Assembly: GCA_032718475.1 (NCBI GenBank)
Contig: JAUCBJ010003554.1
Location: 1-34,259, forward strand
Reading direction: 5' to 3'
DNA: 34,259 nucleotides
Source: Nemertoderma westbladi
Taxonomy: Eukaryota; Animalia; Xenacoelomorpha
The notes under the pieces were generated by a model that worked only from the letters and a program-made list of their open reading frames with translations, was not told where the DNA came from and made no database searches. Each line of letters starts with the position of its first letter. Position 1 is the first letter of the stretch. Below, in pieces: positions 22,111 through 33,358 of this stretch. The position numbers and the translations under genes are program-made.

Positions 22111-24469
22111 CTGCAGTACCAGAAATGGATGGTAATGATGGACTACGGGTGACCTTGGCCGAGGGGCCATGTATCCTATACTACTCACGAAGAGATGCGC
22201 ATATGGCGGGCGGTGGTACCCGAAACAACCAGGAGGATATGCGAATACGTCGAATGGGGGTCCCCTGAATACCCACGAGACGGAGCCTATCAATACTACA
22301 GTACTGACAAAGGAAAAAAACGACTGAACGATATGCCGATACATACTGTAGATCTTATGATCCTGCGGGTTCAGGCATGGAGGCTAATGACTTTGTATGG
22401 GCCGAACGGCCCGAACCTGATGTTTCCAGTCAAGGAGGAATCGACTAACGGTTAGGGTTAGAGCTCGTCGTCGGTGTCCATGAGGGTCTGAGGATGAGTG
22501 GGTAATTCAACAAAACGCTAACAATGATACCGGACTGACTGATTGAACCAGAGTGGCGATGGTAGTCGCTGATGTATATATATTATATATATTATATATA
22601 TCATGTATTGATTGTTAGTAGATATTTTTTTATAGTATTTGTTTATTAAATTGTCTTCAATGTCTATATTGATAATATTGTGTGCTGTGCTGATTTTACT
22701 TATTTTTCATTTTATAAATCTTGCTGTGGCCGTTTTAATCTACTAAACTGCCGTATCAATTTCATGATATTTTAATGGATATGCAATTTAACTTCTTCTT
22801 TCTATTAACTTTCAATGCAATCAAATATAACTGTAAAGCTATTGACTTTCGTGTTATTGTTTTGCTGTTACTTCGAGAAGGGATTTGAATCCCATCGGAT
22901 TACTGATTAATTCCCATCATCGAGATGGGAATACTTTATAATGAAACAGTGTGGTGGTCCGCGGGATAGTGGGAAGGGATGGGACTGTTGCTGGTTGGTG
23001 GAATGTGACTGCCTGAAAAATTAAAACAAACAAAACTTCCAGACTTCTATATTTTTACTTTCAAAACAAAACGTCCAAAACATTTCAATGCTGAAGTACT
23101 GTTCAAGTCCCATGGATGTATGGTTGATAAACAGATAAAAAGGGGCAGAGGGGGGTCAGGGTTTCTGGTAGACTATAGTCCCCGCGATGATGGCTGAGGT
23201 TACTCTTACTCAATAAACATATAAATCAGAACGAGTTAATATAATGGAACGATGCCTTTCGTGGCGTTAGCATACTCAAATTTATTAGGGCCTAATATTT
23301 ATTATTACGAGTAAGGGACTTTAGTATAATCAGAACGCAATGTTTGATATTTATACAGTACTGCAGTATGCAGTAAAACCTGTTGTCTGACAGCAGACAG
23401 GTCTGCATGTTGATGTACCGTATTGTACCGTGGAGATCAGAGATTATTGCCATACATCCTGATTGACGACCGTGTATCACGTTACTGCAAGTTGACACAT
23501 AAATTACATTAATATCTATGGGACTACACCTACCTACATTCACCCTACACGTGCATCTACATGTAGGCTACACATACCTACATGAAGCCTCTATGTAGGC
23601 TATACCTCTACGCAAAAGATATACCCTGGAGTTGGTGATCAGTTGACAGTACTGCAGTAACTACAGAACTACAGTAGTAGGGCCTACTGTATTACTGTAT
23701 TAGGCCAACAACTGTTACTGTAGTTAAAGGTGAAAGGCCTAGCCTAGACAACAGACAGCCAGACTGCCAGACTAAGGTAGGCCTAAAGCTGTAAACTGGT
23801 AAAGTGCTGTAAAGTTTATCTCATAATCAGAGACAGGGGGGGGGGGGGTTAACTGAACGCAAATCCCAGCTTGGCGGCAATTAATATCCCGCCTCAATGT
23901 TAAATTCTCAATTTAAGGACAGAACAGGAGCAGGTTACTGGGTTACAGTGGCACGATATTTAAACTAAACACAATACTGCAATAGAACAGGCAGACAGGT
24001 TACAGTTTTATTTTTGAGAGTAATCAGCTGTTATTTGCGTCGAATTTACCCTGGAGAGGGGTGGAGTGGAGGTGGAGTAGGCCTATCTGCATAATCCAGT
24101 AATCATATGCCTGGGCAGTGGGCTGGCAGCCTGGGTGCCTGGATGTTTAAAGGGATTTTGATAAATTCAGAAATGCTAGGCCTACAGTATTTATTTATTA
24201 CAGCCAGACAGTACAGCAGTATTACCTGTAGCATAGGTCTACCTTTCTTAGCCATCTTGATATATTTCAGTATTTACCATAATTGGATTGTGATTTGGTC
24301 GCATTTGGGTCCTCCAGTCTGCCAGTCATGAATGAAAGGAAAGTGCTTGAATTGAAGAACAAATCGGCAAGTAAAGGCTTGCTTATGTCTATATATCTAT
24401 CCAATATTCAGCTATGAGCACTACTTCCTGACTTATAATTCTACAGTTCATAGTTCTGTAGTTGCTCAA

Positions 24470-25903
24470 ATGGGTAACTCTGATGATGAAAACACTCGGT
24501 TACTGAACGATGTCAACATTTCACAGACCATCATAAATAGTACCGGTATAGAACACACTTCAACAGCAGAAATAAAAGGTCCACCTCGCCCACCTTTAGA
24601 GAGAAGGCAACTAATAGTGTTAGCTTGTATTTCTGCTATATCATTATGTATGAGTGCGTGTTATAGTTTGTTATCACCTTTCTTTCCAAGAGAAGCTCAA
24701 GTTAAAGGCTTAACTGAATCCGAAATCGGAATTGTATTTGCTATATACGAGTTCATTGTGGTGCTTTCTAGTCCAATATTTGGTCGAACTATCTCTATAA
24801 TAGGACCCAAGTTTATGTACATCACTGGCGTGGGAATAAGTTTATATTGTTCGGTGCTATTCGGCCTCCTAGAATACTGCCCAGATGGGCCATTGTTTTT
24901 GTGGATGTGTTTGATTGTAAGGACTTTTGAGGCTATTGGCGCGAGCGCTTTCTACACCGCCTCCTTTGTAATAATCGCTGCAGAATTTCCGGATCGCATT
25001 TCGACAATGTTCGGGTATGTGGAGCTATTTAACGGTTTAGGTTTTATGATCGGCCCTCTTTTCGGGGGAGCGCTCTATGAAGTTGGGGGCTTCTCTCTGC
25101 CATTCTTTGTAATGGCCAGTATATTGGCTGTAATTACATTTCTTAACTACTGTTACTTCCCCGAAATAACTCAGATAAAAGGAAAAACTGGAAACTTTTG
25201 TAAACTATTAATATTTCCACAAATTATATGGTGCACCATAATGATAGTCATTGTCTCCATTGCCTTAACCTTTTATAATCCAACTCTGGAACCATTCTTC
25301 AACACTTTTAATCTGTCGCCTTTCGAGGTTGGTGCTGTTTTGACTGGAATTGGTGCTATATACGCTATGAGTGCCCCTATTTTCGGACACTTTGCTACAC
25401 TTGGACATAGAGAGAGAGTTGTAATGGTTCTAACATCTATATTAACACTTGGTTCCTCCTATATATTCGTTGGCCCGGCACCATTCTTTGGAGTGGATTC
25501 GCAGTTATGGATCGCACTATGTTCGATGGCCGTTTACTCCTTCTCATTGGCTCCATTTTGTATTCCGCAATTCGAACTACTTCTCTGCAGTGTCCACGAG
25601 GCAGGGTATCCTGATAATCTAGAGACCACTGGTCTCATTTCTGGTCTGTTTAACTCCATGTTCTCATTGGGTGCATTCGTAGGTCCTCTACTTGCTGGAT
25701 ACCTCACAGAAATGTTAGGATTTCAGTGGGCTGCATTCGCCTTTGGTTGTGGCGTGCTGTCGCTATTTCCGATTTCGGTTGGATTTCTGGTGTTAAGAGC
25801 CTTACAGACAAAGACAAGAGGAAATGGAGACGATACTAATAATTACTCTGGAGTCAACCAAACACAGTTATTATTGGACAATAATGATAGTGTAACAATC
25901 TGA
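24470..25903 (+). CDS. SLC18B1: MFS-type transporter, SLC18B1 (vesicular polyamine transporter)-like, copy A
   Basis: Uninterrupted 477-aa ORF with ~12 hydrophobic segments and SLC18B1-like motifs (CYSLLSPFFPREA..KG, SPIFG, IGPKFM, GLGFMIGPLFGGALYEVGGFSLPF, GLISGLFNSMFSLGAFVGP, GFQWA). A CTGAC...tacag just upstream suggests a 5'UTR intron acceptor near 24446. Confidence 0.85.
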   Translation: MGNSDDENTRLLNDVNISQTIINSTGIEHTSTAEIKGPPRPPLERRQLIVLACISAISLCMSACYSLLSPFFPREAQVKGLTESEIGIVFAIYEFIVVLSSPIFGRTISIIGPKFMYITGVGISLYCSVLFGLLEYCPDGPLFLWMCLIVRTFEAIGASAFYTASFVIIAAEFPDRISTMFGYVELFNGLGFMIGPLFGGALYEVGGFSLPFFVMASILAVITFLNYCYFPEITQIKGKTGNFCKLLIFPQIIWCTIMIVIVSIALTFYNPTLEPFFNTFNLSPFEVGAVLTGIGAIYAMSAPIFGHFATLGHRERVVMVLTSILTLGSSYIFVGPAPFFGVDSQLWIALCSMAVYSFSLAPFCIPQFELLLCSVHEAGYPDNLETTGLISGLFNSMFSLGAFVGPLLAGYLTEMLGFQWAAFAFGCGVLSLFPISVGFLVLRALQTKTRGNGDDTNNYSGVNQTQLLLDNNDSVTI

Positions 25904-26229
25904 TTATTAATTATATTAGTTGTTGCTTTTTTCTGTAATAATGTTGTGATTGTGAATATTCATGTTTCTTACCGACTTTTAATTTAAGTTTCATCTATTT
26001 ATTTGACGACATCCCCATTTAACATACTTTTGTATATCATTGTTAAACGCTGAAATTAGAGTACACATTGACAATCATAGTTATTGTTTTATATATCAAA
26101 ATGCTATTTTTCCTAAATTATTTTTTATTTAATCATTCTTAATCGATAGTTTTGTTGTATTGTAATTACTATTTAATTGCTTCTAACTTTCTAAGTAGAT
26201 CTGTTCTCCATACCATGCAGTATTAAACG

Positions 26230-27230
26230 CCCATGTGAAGAATATCAGAATACCATTTCACTTTTCGGTCGAAATTTTATTGGAATTTTATATATGAAGA
26301 ATTTGTAATATTTAAATTTATCTTCATTAAGTGTTTGATAGAGCTTATTTCTATCTTATAATCTGTACACAGGCCACTTTAATATGTAGAATCTTGAAAA
26401 TAAACAAATTAAGCTAATTTCTAGTCCTCCAAAATCATAATTTTATGTTAATTTCTAGCCCCTATTTTCTTCTTAAAAACGCTTAATAAACTTGTAATTA
26501 GCATCGAATGAGTCCTATAAGTGCCAAAAACAGACAAATATACAGAAACACTCAATCAAGCCAACTTTTTATATTTAGTATTAAAAGTTCTTCAAACTGC
26601 TGCGAATCCAAGCACTCGTCTAGGGAAAAAATTACTCAAACTGTTTATATTTTCGTTTTTAACAACCCGAACTCCAGTCTCCCTCTCTGACTCCTTATTG
26701 TTGTCCGTTTTACTTCCACCAGCAGTTGTAAACTGCCGATGTTATAAAGTTTTATATTATAACAACTTTTAAATTATTAATAATAAACAAACCCCACTAA
26801 ACACTAATCCGTACTTATAATAATATAATGATATTAATTTTTTGATTCTGTTTCTACTAATAATTAATGAATAAAATAAATTGTCTTGTCTTACCTCGTT
26901 GGGGTGTATCTTAAAAAAAAGTGCCGATGTTATCAGATGTCAAGTTCAGCTACATCCTGTTTGTCATTTTTAATGTAAATGTTTAAGTGAATGCGCCAGT
27001 AGTCGTGAAAAAACCTTATCTTTTTACCCTTATTTTCTAGTCCTCCAAAATCTTAATTTCTAGCTAATTTATGGATTCTTGAAAATTCTACAAATTAAAG
27101 TGGCCTGCCTATACAGATACTAATTCGTTTAATGTTTTGGTTAGATTCAGCCTTTCTCTTTTTGGTCTTCATAACATCTTATCATGGAGGTAAACCGTAA
27201 AGTTAAATATAACAGCAGAAATTCTGGTAT
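26230..27230. mobile_element. Degraded MITE (CCCATGTGAAGAATA family) carrying a nested hAT-type insertion
   Basis: 26230-26369 and 27108-27230 align with the uninterrupted copy at 28830-29115. Confidence 0.7.
26370..27107. mobile_element. hAT-type non-autonomous element
   Basis: TIR CAGGCCACTTTAAT / ATTAAAGTGGCCTG. Degenerate 8-bp TSD TCTGTACA / CCTATACA; the empty-site homologue CCTGTACG is at ~28962. Confidence 0.75.
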
Positions 27231-28829
27231 AAAAAGATACGCGAATCCGAACAAGGTATTATAAATATTTAAAACTTGCTATAAAAAATAGCTTGAGATT
27301 ATTACAGTATTAATTATGAGAGAGAGAGAGGGGATTACGGATGGATATATGGGTGGGTATGCGTGCGTATCCATGGGCTTCTGGGCTTCTAGCCTATAAG
27401 GCAATGTAGAAATTAGAGAGACGCGATATAATTATCATTTTAATTTCAACTTTAAATTGTGAATGTAATAAATATATAAACGCGCGTGGAAATTTTTTTA
27501 ACGACTCTGAATATTGCTGCTGTTTTCAGTTGATTGTTCAGGCTGCTCACTTAATTTTCTTGTTCGTATTATTTGCCATTAAATACTTATATTCCGGTTA
27601 AAATTGTATTTTCAAGCTTGGTACAGAATCCTTACGTACATTATGGTATAGCATATCTGTTGTATTTGTGCTGTAGTCTGTTTATTTAGAAAGCCACGTA
27701 CTTATATTGCATGTCGCATCCATTCCAAGACGTTCATTTTACAACGTTTGTGTGATACAACTACTTACTTTGTTTGTAGAATGTTTATTATGTATTTATT
27801 TATTCTCACTGACTCGCTCACACTTCAATCATGTGCACGTGTACGTCTGGTTAGCAAACACTGCTGCGTTCCAATTTATAAAAATATATATATAAAAGCA
27901 AAAATTTACAGCCCCTTTTCCCTCTGGCTGTCAGTGTACCGTAACCGCGCAGTGACTGCAGTATCATAACGAATCTGTCATTATATATATATATACGTTA
28001 ATATAATGTGTTTTTATTTCCGCTTTTTACTTTTTGTTTGTTTAATAGGGTTGGTGCGCGAAAAAATTGTTGGGCAAGAAACAATTGAATAAGGGGTAAC
28101 AAGGTGCCCTGAATCGAGTGGCGGGGTGTGTTTTTGTAAAAACACGTGGAAACGGTCGAAATAGCGGGTTTAAGTAAGCGCGGGAAGCCAGTTTTGAACA
28201 TCGGCTGTGATTGGCTGCTACATATTTGACGTCACTACGCAGTGCTCTGATAATTTCTTATACTGGTTTCTATGGAAGGTGATTTTAGGTCCATTAAAAT
28301 ACACATTTATTCTCTATCATTTCATACGTGCCTTATATCAATTGAAAGCAGAGAGTCTTGCGCGTCTTTTGACACTACAATTAATTAAATATTCATGGTG
28401 ATTAACATTGATTAAATGAATACATTTACAATTATAAACTCGCAGATACCTCTGTGCATGCACTCAACCACTTAGCCCTAGACACCTATTGCATTGCAGT
28501 ATCGGAGTAGGCCTAATGCTCTATTGTTGCTTAAGTTCATTAAGTTAAGTAAACCTACCGCTGTACCACTCTTACACTACCGGTGACACATTTCAACTTA
28601 ATGAACCTAAGCTGCAATACAATGCAATAGGTGGATATGGCTGCGTGGTTCAGTACTACTTGCATACTGGTCAGGCAATCTGCGAGTTTATAATTGTGAA
28701 TTGATTCATTTAATCAATGTTCATCACCATGAATTTAATTAATTGGTGCCAAAAGACGCGCAAGACTCTGCTTTCAATTGATATACGCCACGAAATGATT
28801 GAGAATAAATGTGTATTTTAATGGATGCC

Positions 28830-29115
28830 GCCATGTGAAGAATACCAGGATTTCACTTTTCGGTCGACTTTTTATTGGAATTTTATATATGTCGATATTT
28901 TATTTATTTTAATTTATCTTTATTAAGTGTTTTATAGCGCTTATTTCTGTGTTATATATAACCTGTACGTCATATACTAAATTCGTTTATTGTTTTGGTT
29001 AGAATCAGCCCTTCTCTAACCTGTATTTTTGGTGAAAGCCTGGTATTCATTCTTCACATGGGGGTAACTGCAAAGTGAAATATAACGGTAGAAAGTCTGG
29101 TATTCTTCACATGGG
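28830..29115. mobile_element. MITE with CCATGTGAAGAATACCAG TIR and an extra internal TIR copy
   Basis: The 3' TIR CTGGTATTCTTCACATGGG is at 29097-29115, and a variant lies at ~29040-29062. Confidence 0.75.
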
Positions 29116-29183
29116 CCTCAAATACTGTATGTCTGTATGTTGCAGCCAACCACTGCTGATTTTCAAAATTGGCTTCCCGGTAT

Positions 29184-29730
29184 GCGTATTCCCAATCCTT
29201 ACACTAGTAGGAACACATTGAATTGCAGCCTGGGATTGGTTAGTGAACTACTATTTGATTGGTCGTTGAAATCATATAAGGAAGGGAAAGAGGGGTCTAA
29301 CTAGGTTTTTTTTATCCTCAGTTGGCAGGTAGAAAGTGTTCCAAACGCTGTAAGGAATAGAGAAATTGGTTATTATTACAATTTATTCGTTCGGAAAAAT
29401 CAAGGAGAAAATGGTATGTAAAACGATTCCTTATACAACATTATTTCCACTCTAAATATATGTATACTGCTATTCGTATATATTTTTTACTGTCGTCTGA
29501 CAATGAACCGTTAATTGGCAGATAATCCCTACATGATTTCACCCAATTTCTTCAATCCTTACAGCGTTTGGAACATTTTCTACCTACCAACTGAGTATAA
29601 AACCTTACACTAGTTCGACCTCTCTCCATTCGTTACATGATTTCAACGTTAAATCACATAATAGCTTATTAACCAATCCCAGGTGTTAATGTAAGAGGTG
29701 TTCCTAGTAGTGTAAGGATTGGGAATACGC
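29184..29730. mobile_element. Hairpin MITE inserted in the right arm of the foldback element
   Basis: GCGTATTCCCAATCCTTACACTAGTAGGAACAC / GTGTTCCTAGTAGTGTAAGGATTGGGAATACGC, with an inner IR at 29317-29359 / 29554-29595. Confidence 0.8.
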
Positions 29731-30076
29731 TCCCGGGCTTACTTAAACCCGCCATTTCGACCGTTTCCTCGTGTTTTTTACAAAAAACACACCCCGCCAC
29801 TCGATTCAACCTTGTTTGTTATTCCGTATTCGATTGTTTCTAGCCCAACAATTTTTTCGCGCACCAACCCTATTTTACATAACGAGAGAACCTGACGTAG
29901 TGCAATGGAGGGGGATGGTAAGAAACTACACGAATATTCGTCACAAAAATACTCGAATATTCGTTGATACTTAAGTATATTACTACAGTATTAGAATTAT
30001 TATTACAATATTATACAAGAATAATCATAAGTATAAGCATAATTAGCTTAAGCACAATTTTCGTTAGCATAAGCTG

Positions 30077-30265
30077 TATAAAAATTCCCAAAAGTTATAT
30101 AAAAATTCGCAAAAGTTATATAAAAATTCTTAAAAGTTATATAAAAATTCCTAAAAGTTATATAAAAATTCCCAAAAGTTATATAAAAATTCGCAAAAGT
30201 TATATAAAAATTCCCAAAAGTTATATAAAAATTCGCAAAAGTTATATAAAAATTCTTAAAAGTTA
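30077..30265. repeat. 21-bp minisatellite, 9 copies
   Basis: TATAAAAATTC(CC/GC/TT/CT)AAAAGTTA x9. Confidence 0.97.
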
Positions 30266-30527
30266 TATAACAGTATAAAAGTTCCTAAAGGTAAACCGCT
30301 ACCAAATCACCAGGGCGATACATATTTTCCAACTTCATATCGCAGTGCGACATTATTTATCAGTATGTCACTACGCCATATACTGTACATTTATTATGTA
30401 TATCCAGAATGTCACCGCGTCATTATTAGGTTGTTCTAGAAAGTTTAAGTGCATAACTACAGTACAAATAATTCCCCACAAATAAATAAAATTAGATTCG
30501 CCATTATTTATAATTAGCACTTTTAAC

Positions 30528-31240
30528 TATTTACATACTTTATGTGTAAAGTAGCACTTTACAGTGTGATGATCCGAGTGGATGTGTTACACGAACGAAC
30601 GTTAGTGAGTGAGTGAAAATAAAGCCACGAGGATCAGAACACTGTAAAGTACTTTGCAAACAAGTATGTATGTATAGTTTTATAACAAAATTTTAACATT
30701 ACGAAATGATTGTACATATACATAATAAGTGATAGAAACTGCACAAATTATATTAGTTGCTGTATAAATAAATGTAAAAATGACATAAATTATGTTATAA
30801 ATAAGTTAGCTTATATCTATGGTGGCGTTTGTAGCCATGTTATAATAATATAGCTAGGCCTTACTGGTTATTAATAGCTATACCCCGCCTACCGGTAGGT
30901 AATGCAGTAGACCTATCTGGCTTTCAGGCAAATTTCCACCTATTGTTTACGTGGTATCCAATGACGGCCTTAAGTAATGTCTCCTTTAGTGGACATTACT
31001 TAACGCCGTCATGGGTTACCACGTAAACAATAACACCCAATATAATACTAAATGTACAGGCCAATACAATGCTGTAATGTCCTCGAAAGTTGTAAAGTGC
31101 TAAATAACAACTCGCTGTTAAATACTAACGGCGTTGAGTAATGTTACAATTTTGGAATAAAAAGCTTTTACGACCCTCGTTATGTTATTTCACTCGCTGT
31201 CGCTCGGAAAAACAAAATCACTCGTGCCTCAACGATTATT
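30528..31240. mobile_element. Non-autonomous repeat with terminal hairpins and sub-terminal IR (possibly Crypton-like; class uncertain)
   Basis: 5' hairpin; sub-terminal IR aaaattttaacattac (~30687-30702) / gtaatgttacaatttt (~31138-31153); central 92-bp hairpin 30941-31032; 3' CACTCGCTGTCGCTCG motif. Confidence 0.5.
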
Positions 31241-31906
31241 ATTTACTATTATTCTTATATTACTGTATTTATATACAATTATTCTTAATGCTTAACTACT
31301 GTATTTTATAAACAATGACACACTGCATATTAGTTAAAATACAGTAATTCAAAATAATACCAGTACCGGTACTACCAGATAGAACTATCAGGTAGGATAG
31401 GATGTCTGGTCTGTGTCTGGTGGTAGTAACTGAGTAGCCTAATCATAATCAGGTACTTGCATTAAGTACAGCTGCAGTAAGCTGGTACAGGGTACAGTGC
31501 AGTACTGCAGTAGTAGCTGCGAAGTACGTTTAGTCGAATCCCACACAGATCAGTAGATTTACTTGCCAGGAGCAGGACTAAGGAAAATGAACCTTTACTG
31601 CAGTACTGGTACTGTAGTACTGCTGTGCCTGTAACTAACTAGTAGGCCTACAGAAGTACCGGTAACTCTGTAACTGGTACGGCAAAAACTATATTTATTA
31701 AATACAGAAATAGGCCTACCGTACTGGAATAACTATGGTAGAAACTAGGCCTAATTAGGCGATCGGTACTCCTAAAACTCTAATCTATAAATATAAACAC
31801 TCCATTCTGGCATTGTCTTACCGATAATTCATATTTTGAAAATCTGAAATGAAGGAAGCTAATGTTTCTTATTTGATGAACGGAAAAGAAATCAGGAGAT
31901 TTCACG

Positions 31907-33358
31907 ATGAGTACAACTGCTGGTGCTGGACTATATCAAACCATAAGTGCAACAACAGTTGTCCACAATATTAATTCGGCAGAGTCGCTTAATGAAAGAA
32001 CACCCTTGCTGAGCAATAACAACATTTTATCATGCACTATAAACAACATTCAAACATCACCATCTTATACAAAGGCAAAACGACTTCCCCCTTTGGAAAG
32101 AAGGCAAATTATCGTGTTAGCTTGTCTTTCTGCTATATCATTATGTATGACAGCGTGTTATAGTTTGTTATCACCTTTCTTTCCAAGAGAAGCTCAAGTT
32201 AAAGGCTTAACTGAATCCGAAATCGGAATTGTATTTGCTATATACGAGTTCATTGTGGTGCTTTCTAGTCCAATATTTGGTCGAACTATCTCTATAATAG
32301 GACCCAAGTTTATGTACATCACTGGCGTGGGAATAAGTTTATATTGTTCGGTGCTATTCGGCCTCCTAGAATACTGCCCAGATGGGCCATTGTTTTTGTG
32401 GATGTGTTTGATTGTAAGGACTTTTGAGGCTATTGGCGCGAGCGCTTTCTTTACAGCTTCCTTAGTAATAATTGCTGCAGAATTTCCGGATCGCATTTCG
32501 ACAATGTTCGGGTATGTGGAGCTATTTAACGGTTTAGGTTTTATGATCGGCCCTCTTTTCGGGGGAGCGCTGTATGAAGTTGGAGGCTTCTCTCTGCCAT
32601 TCTTTGTAATGGCCAGTATATTGGCTGTAATTACATTTCTTAACTACTGTTACTTCCCCGAAATAATTGAGGTAAAAGGAAAAACTGGGAACTTTTGTAA
32701 ACTATTAATATTCCCACAAATTATATGGTGCGCCCTATTGATTGCTATTGGCGCTCTTGTTCTTAACTTCTACGACCCCACGCTACAACCATTTCTATCT
32801 GAATTTAATCTGTCGCCTATCGAGGTTGGTGCTGTTTTAACTGTGGTCAGTGCTATATACGCACTAAGTGCACCGATTTTCGGACACTTTGCTACACTTG
32901 GACATAGAGAGAGAGTGGTAATGGTCCTAACATCGACAGTAACCATGTGTTTATCGTATATATTCGTTGGACCAGCTCCATTCTTCGGGGTGGATTCCCG
33001 ACTTTGGGTTACTCTTTGCGCATTGACTATTTTCGCCTTCTCTTTAGGTCCATTTTGTATTCCGCAATTCGAACTACTTCTCTGCAGTGTCCACGAGGCC
33101 GGGTATCCTGATAATCTAGAGACCACTGGTCTCATTTCTGGTCTGTTTAACTCCATGTTCTCATTGGGTGCATTCGTAGGGCCACTTCTAGCTGGATACC
33201 TCACGGAAATGTTAGGATTTCAGTGGGCTGCGTTCGCCTTTGGTTGTGGTTTGCTGTTGCTCTTCCCTATTTCGATTGGATTTTTGGGGTTGAGAGCCCA
33301 CCAGTTTGGATGTGATAACAATAATGGCTGTAGTGTAAATCAAACGCATGTAATATAA
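31907..33358 (+). CDS. SLC18B1: MFS-type transporter, SLC18B1-like, copy B (tandem paralogue)
   Basis: Uninterrupted 483-aa ORF with the same motifs as copy A. The core is collinear with copy A at a constant offset of 7497 nt. Confidence 0.85.
   Translation: MSTTAGAGLYQTISATTVVHNINSAESLNERTPLLSNNNILSCTINNIQTSPSYTKAKRLPPLERRQIIVLACLSAISLCMTACYSLLSPFFPREAQVKGLTESEIGIVFAIYEFIVVLSSPIFGRTISIIGPKFMYITGVGISLYCSVLFGLLEYCPDGPLFLWMCLIVRTFEAIGASAFFTASLVIIAAEFPDRISTMFGYVELFNGLGFMIGPLFGGALYEVGGFSLPFFVMASILAVITFLNYCYFPEIIEVKGKTGNFCKLLIFPQIIWCALLIAIGALVLNFYDPTLQPFLSEFNLSPIEVGAVLTVVSAIYALSAPIFGHFATLGHRERVVMVLTSTVTMCLSYIFVGPAPFFGVDSRLWVTLCALTIFAFSLGPFCIPQFELLLCSVHEAGYPDNLETTGLISGLFNSMFSLGAFVGPLLAGYLTEMLGFQWAAFAFGCGLLLLFPISIGFLGLRAHQFGCDNNNGCSVNQTHVI

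Larger units (their letters stand above)
16737..23370. repeat. Right arm (6634 bp) of giant inverted duplication
   Basis: Reverse complement of 7090-13766. The 43-bp length difference is fully accounted for by the indels seen (-54, -5, +10, +5, +1). Confidence 0.97.
28046..29872. mobile_element. Foldback element with TAGGG..CCCTA termini and two nested insertions
   Basis: TAGGGTTGGTGCGCGAAAAAATTGTTGGGC / GCCCAACAATTTTTTCGCGCACCAACCCTA. Arms 28046-28225 pair with 29136-29179 + 29731-29872; central hairpin 28290-28825. No conserved TSD. Confidence 0.8.

Noticed and set aside
7090-23370. Intact LTR retrotransposon, Polinton/Maverick or endogenous virus
   Set aside because: No LTR pair, gag, integrase, protein-primed DNA polymerase, ATPase or capsid ORF, and no TSD. 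The pol is frameshifted.
27998-29974. Similar small ORFs 27998-28201 and 29771-29974
   Set aside because: They are the two inverted arms of one foldback element, not genes.
29964-30278. 104-aa ORF with KSYIKIP repeats
   Set aside because: Translation of the 21-bp minisatellite, with a non-ATG start.
32194-33204. Minus-strand ORFs 32194-32496 and 32770-33204
   Set aside because: Antisense shadows of SLC18B1 copy B.
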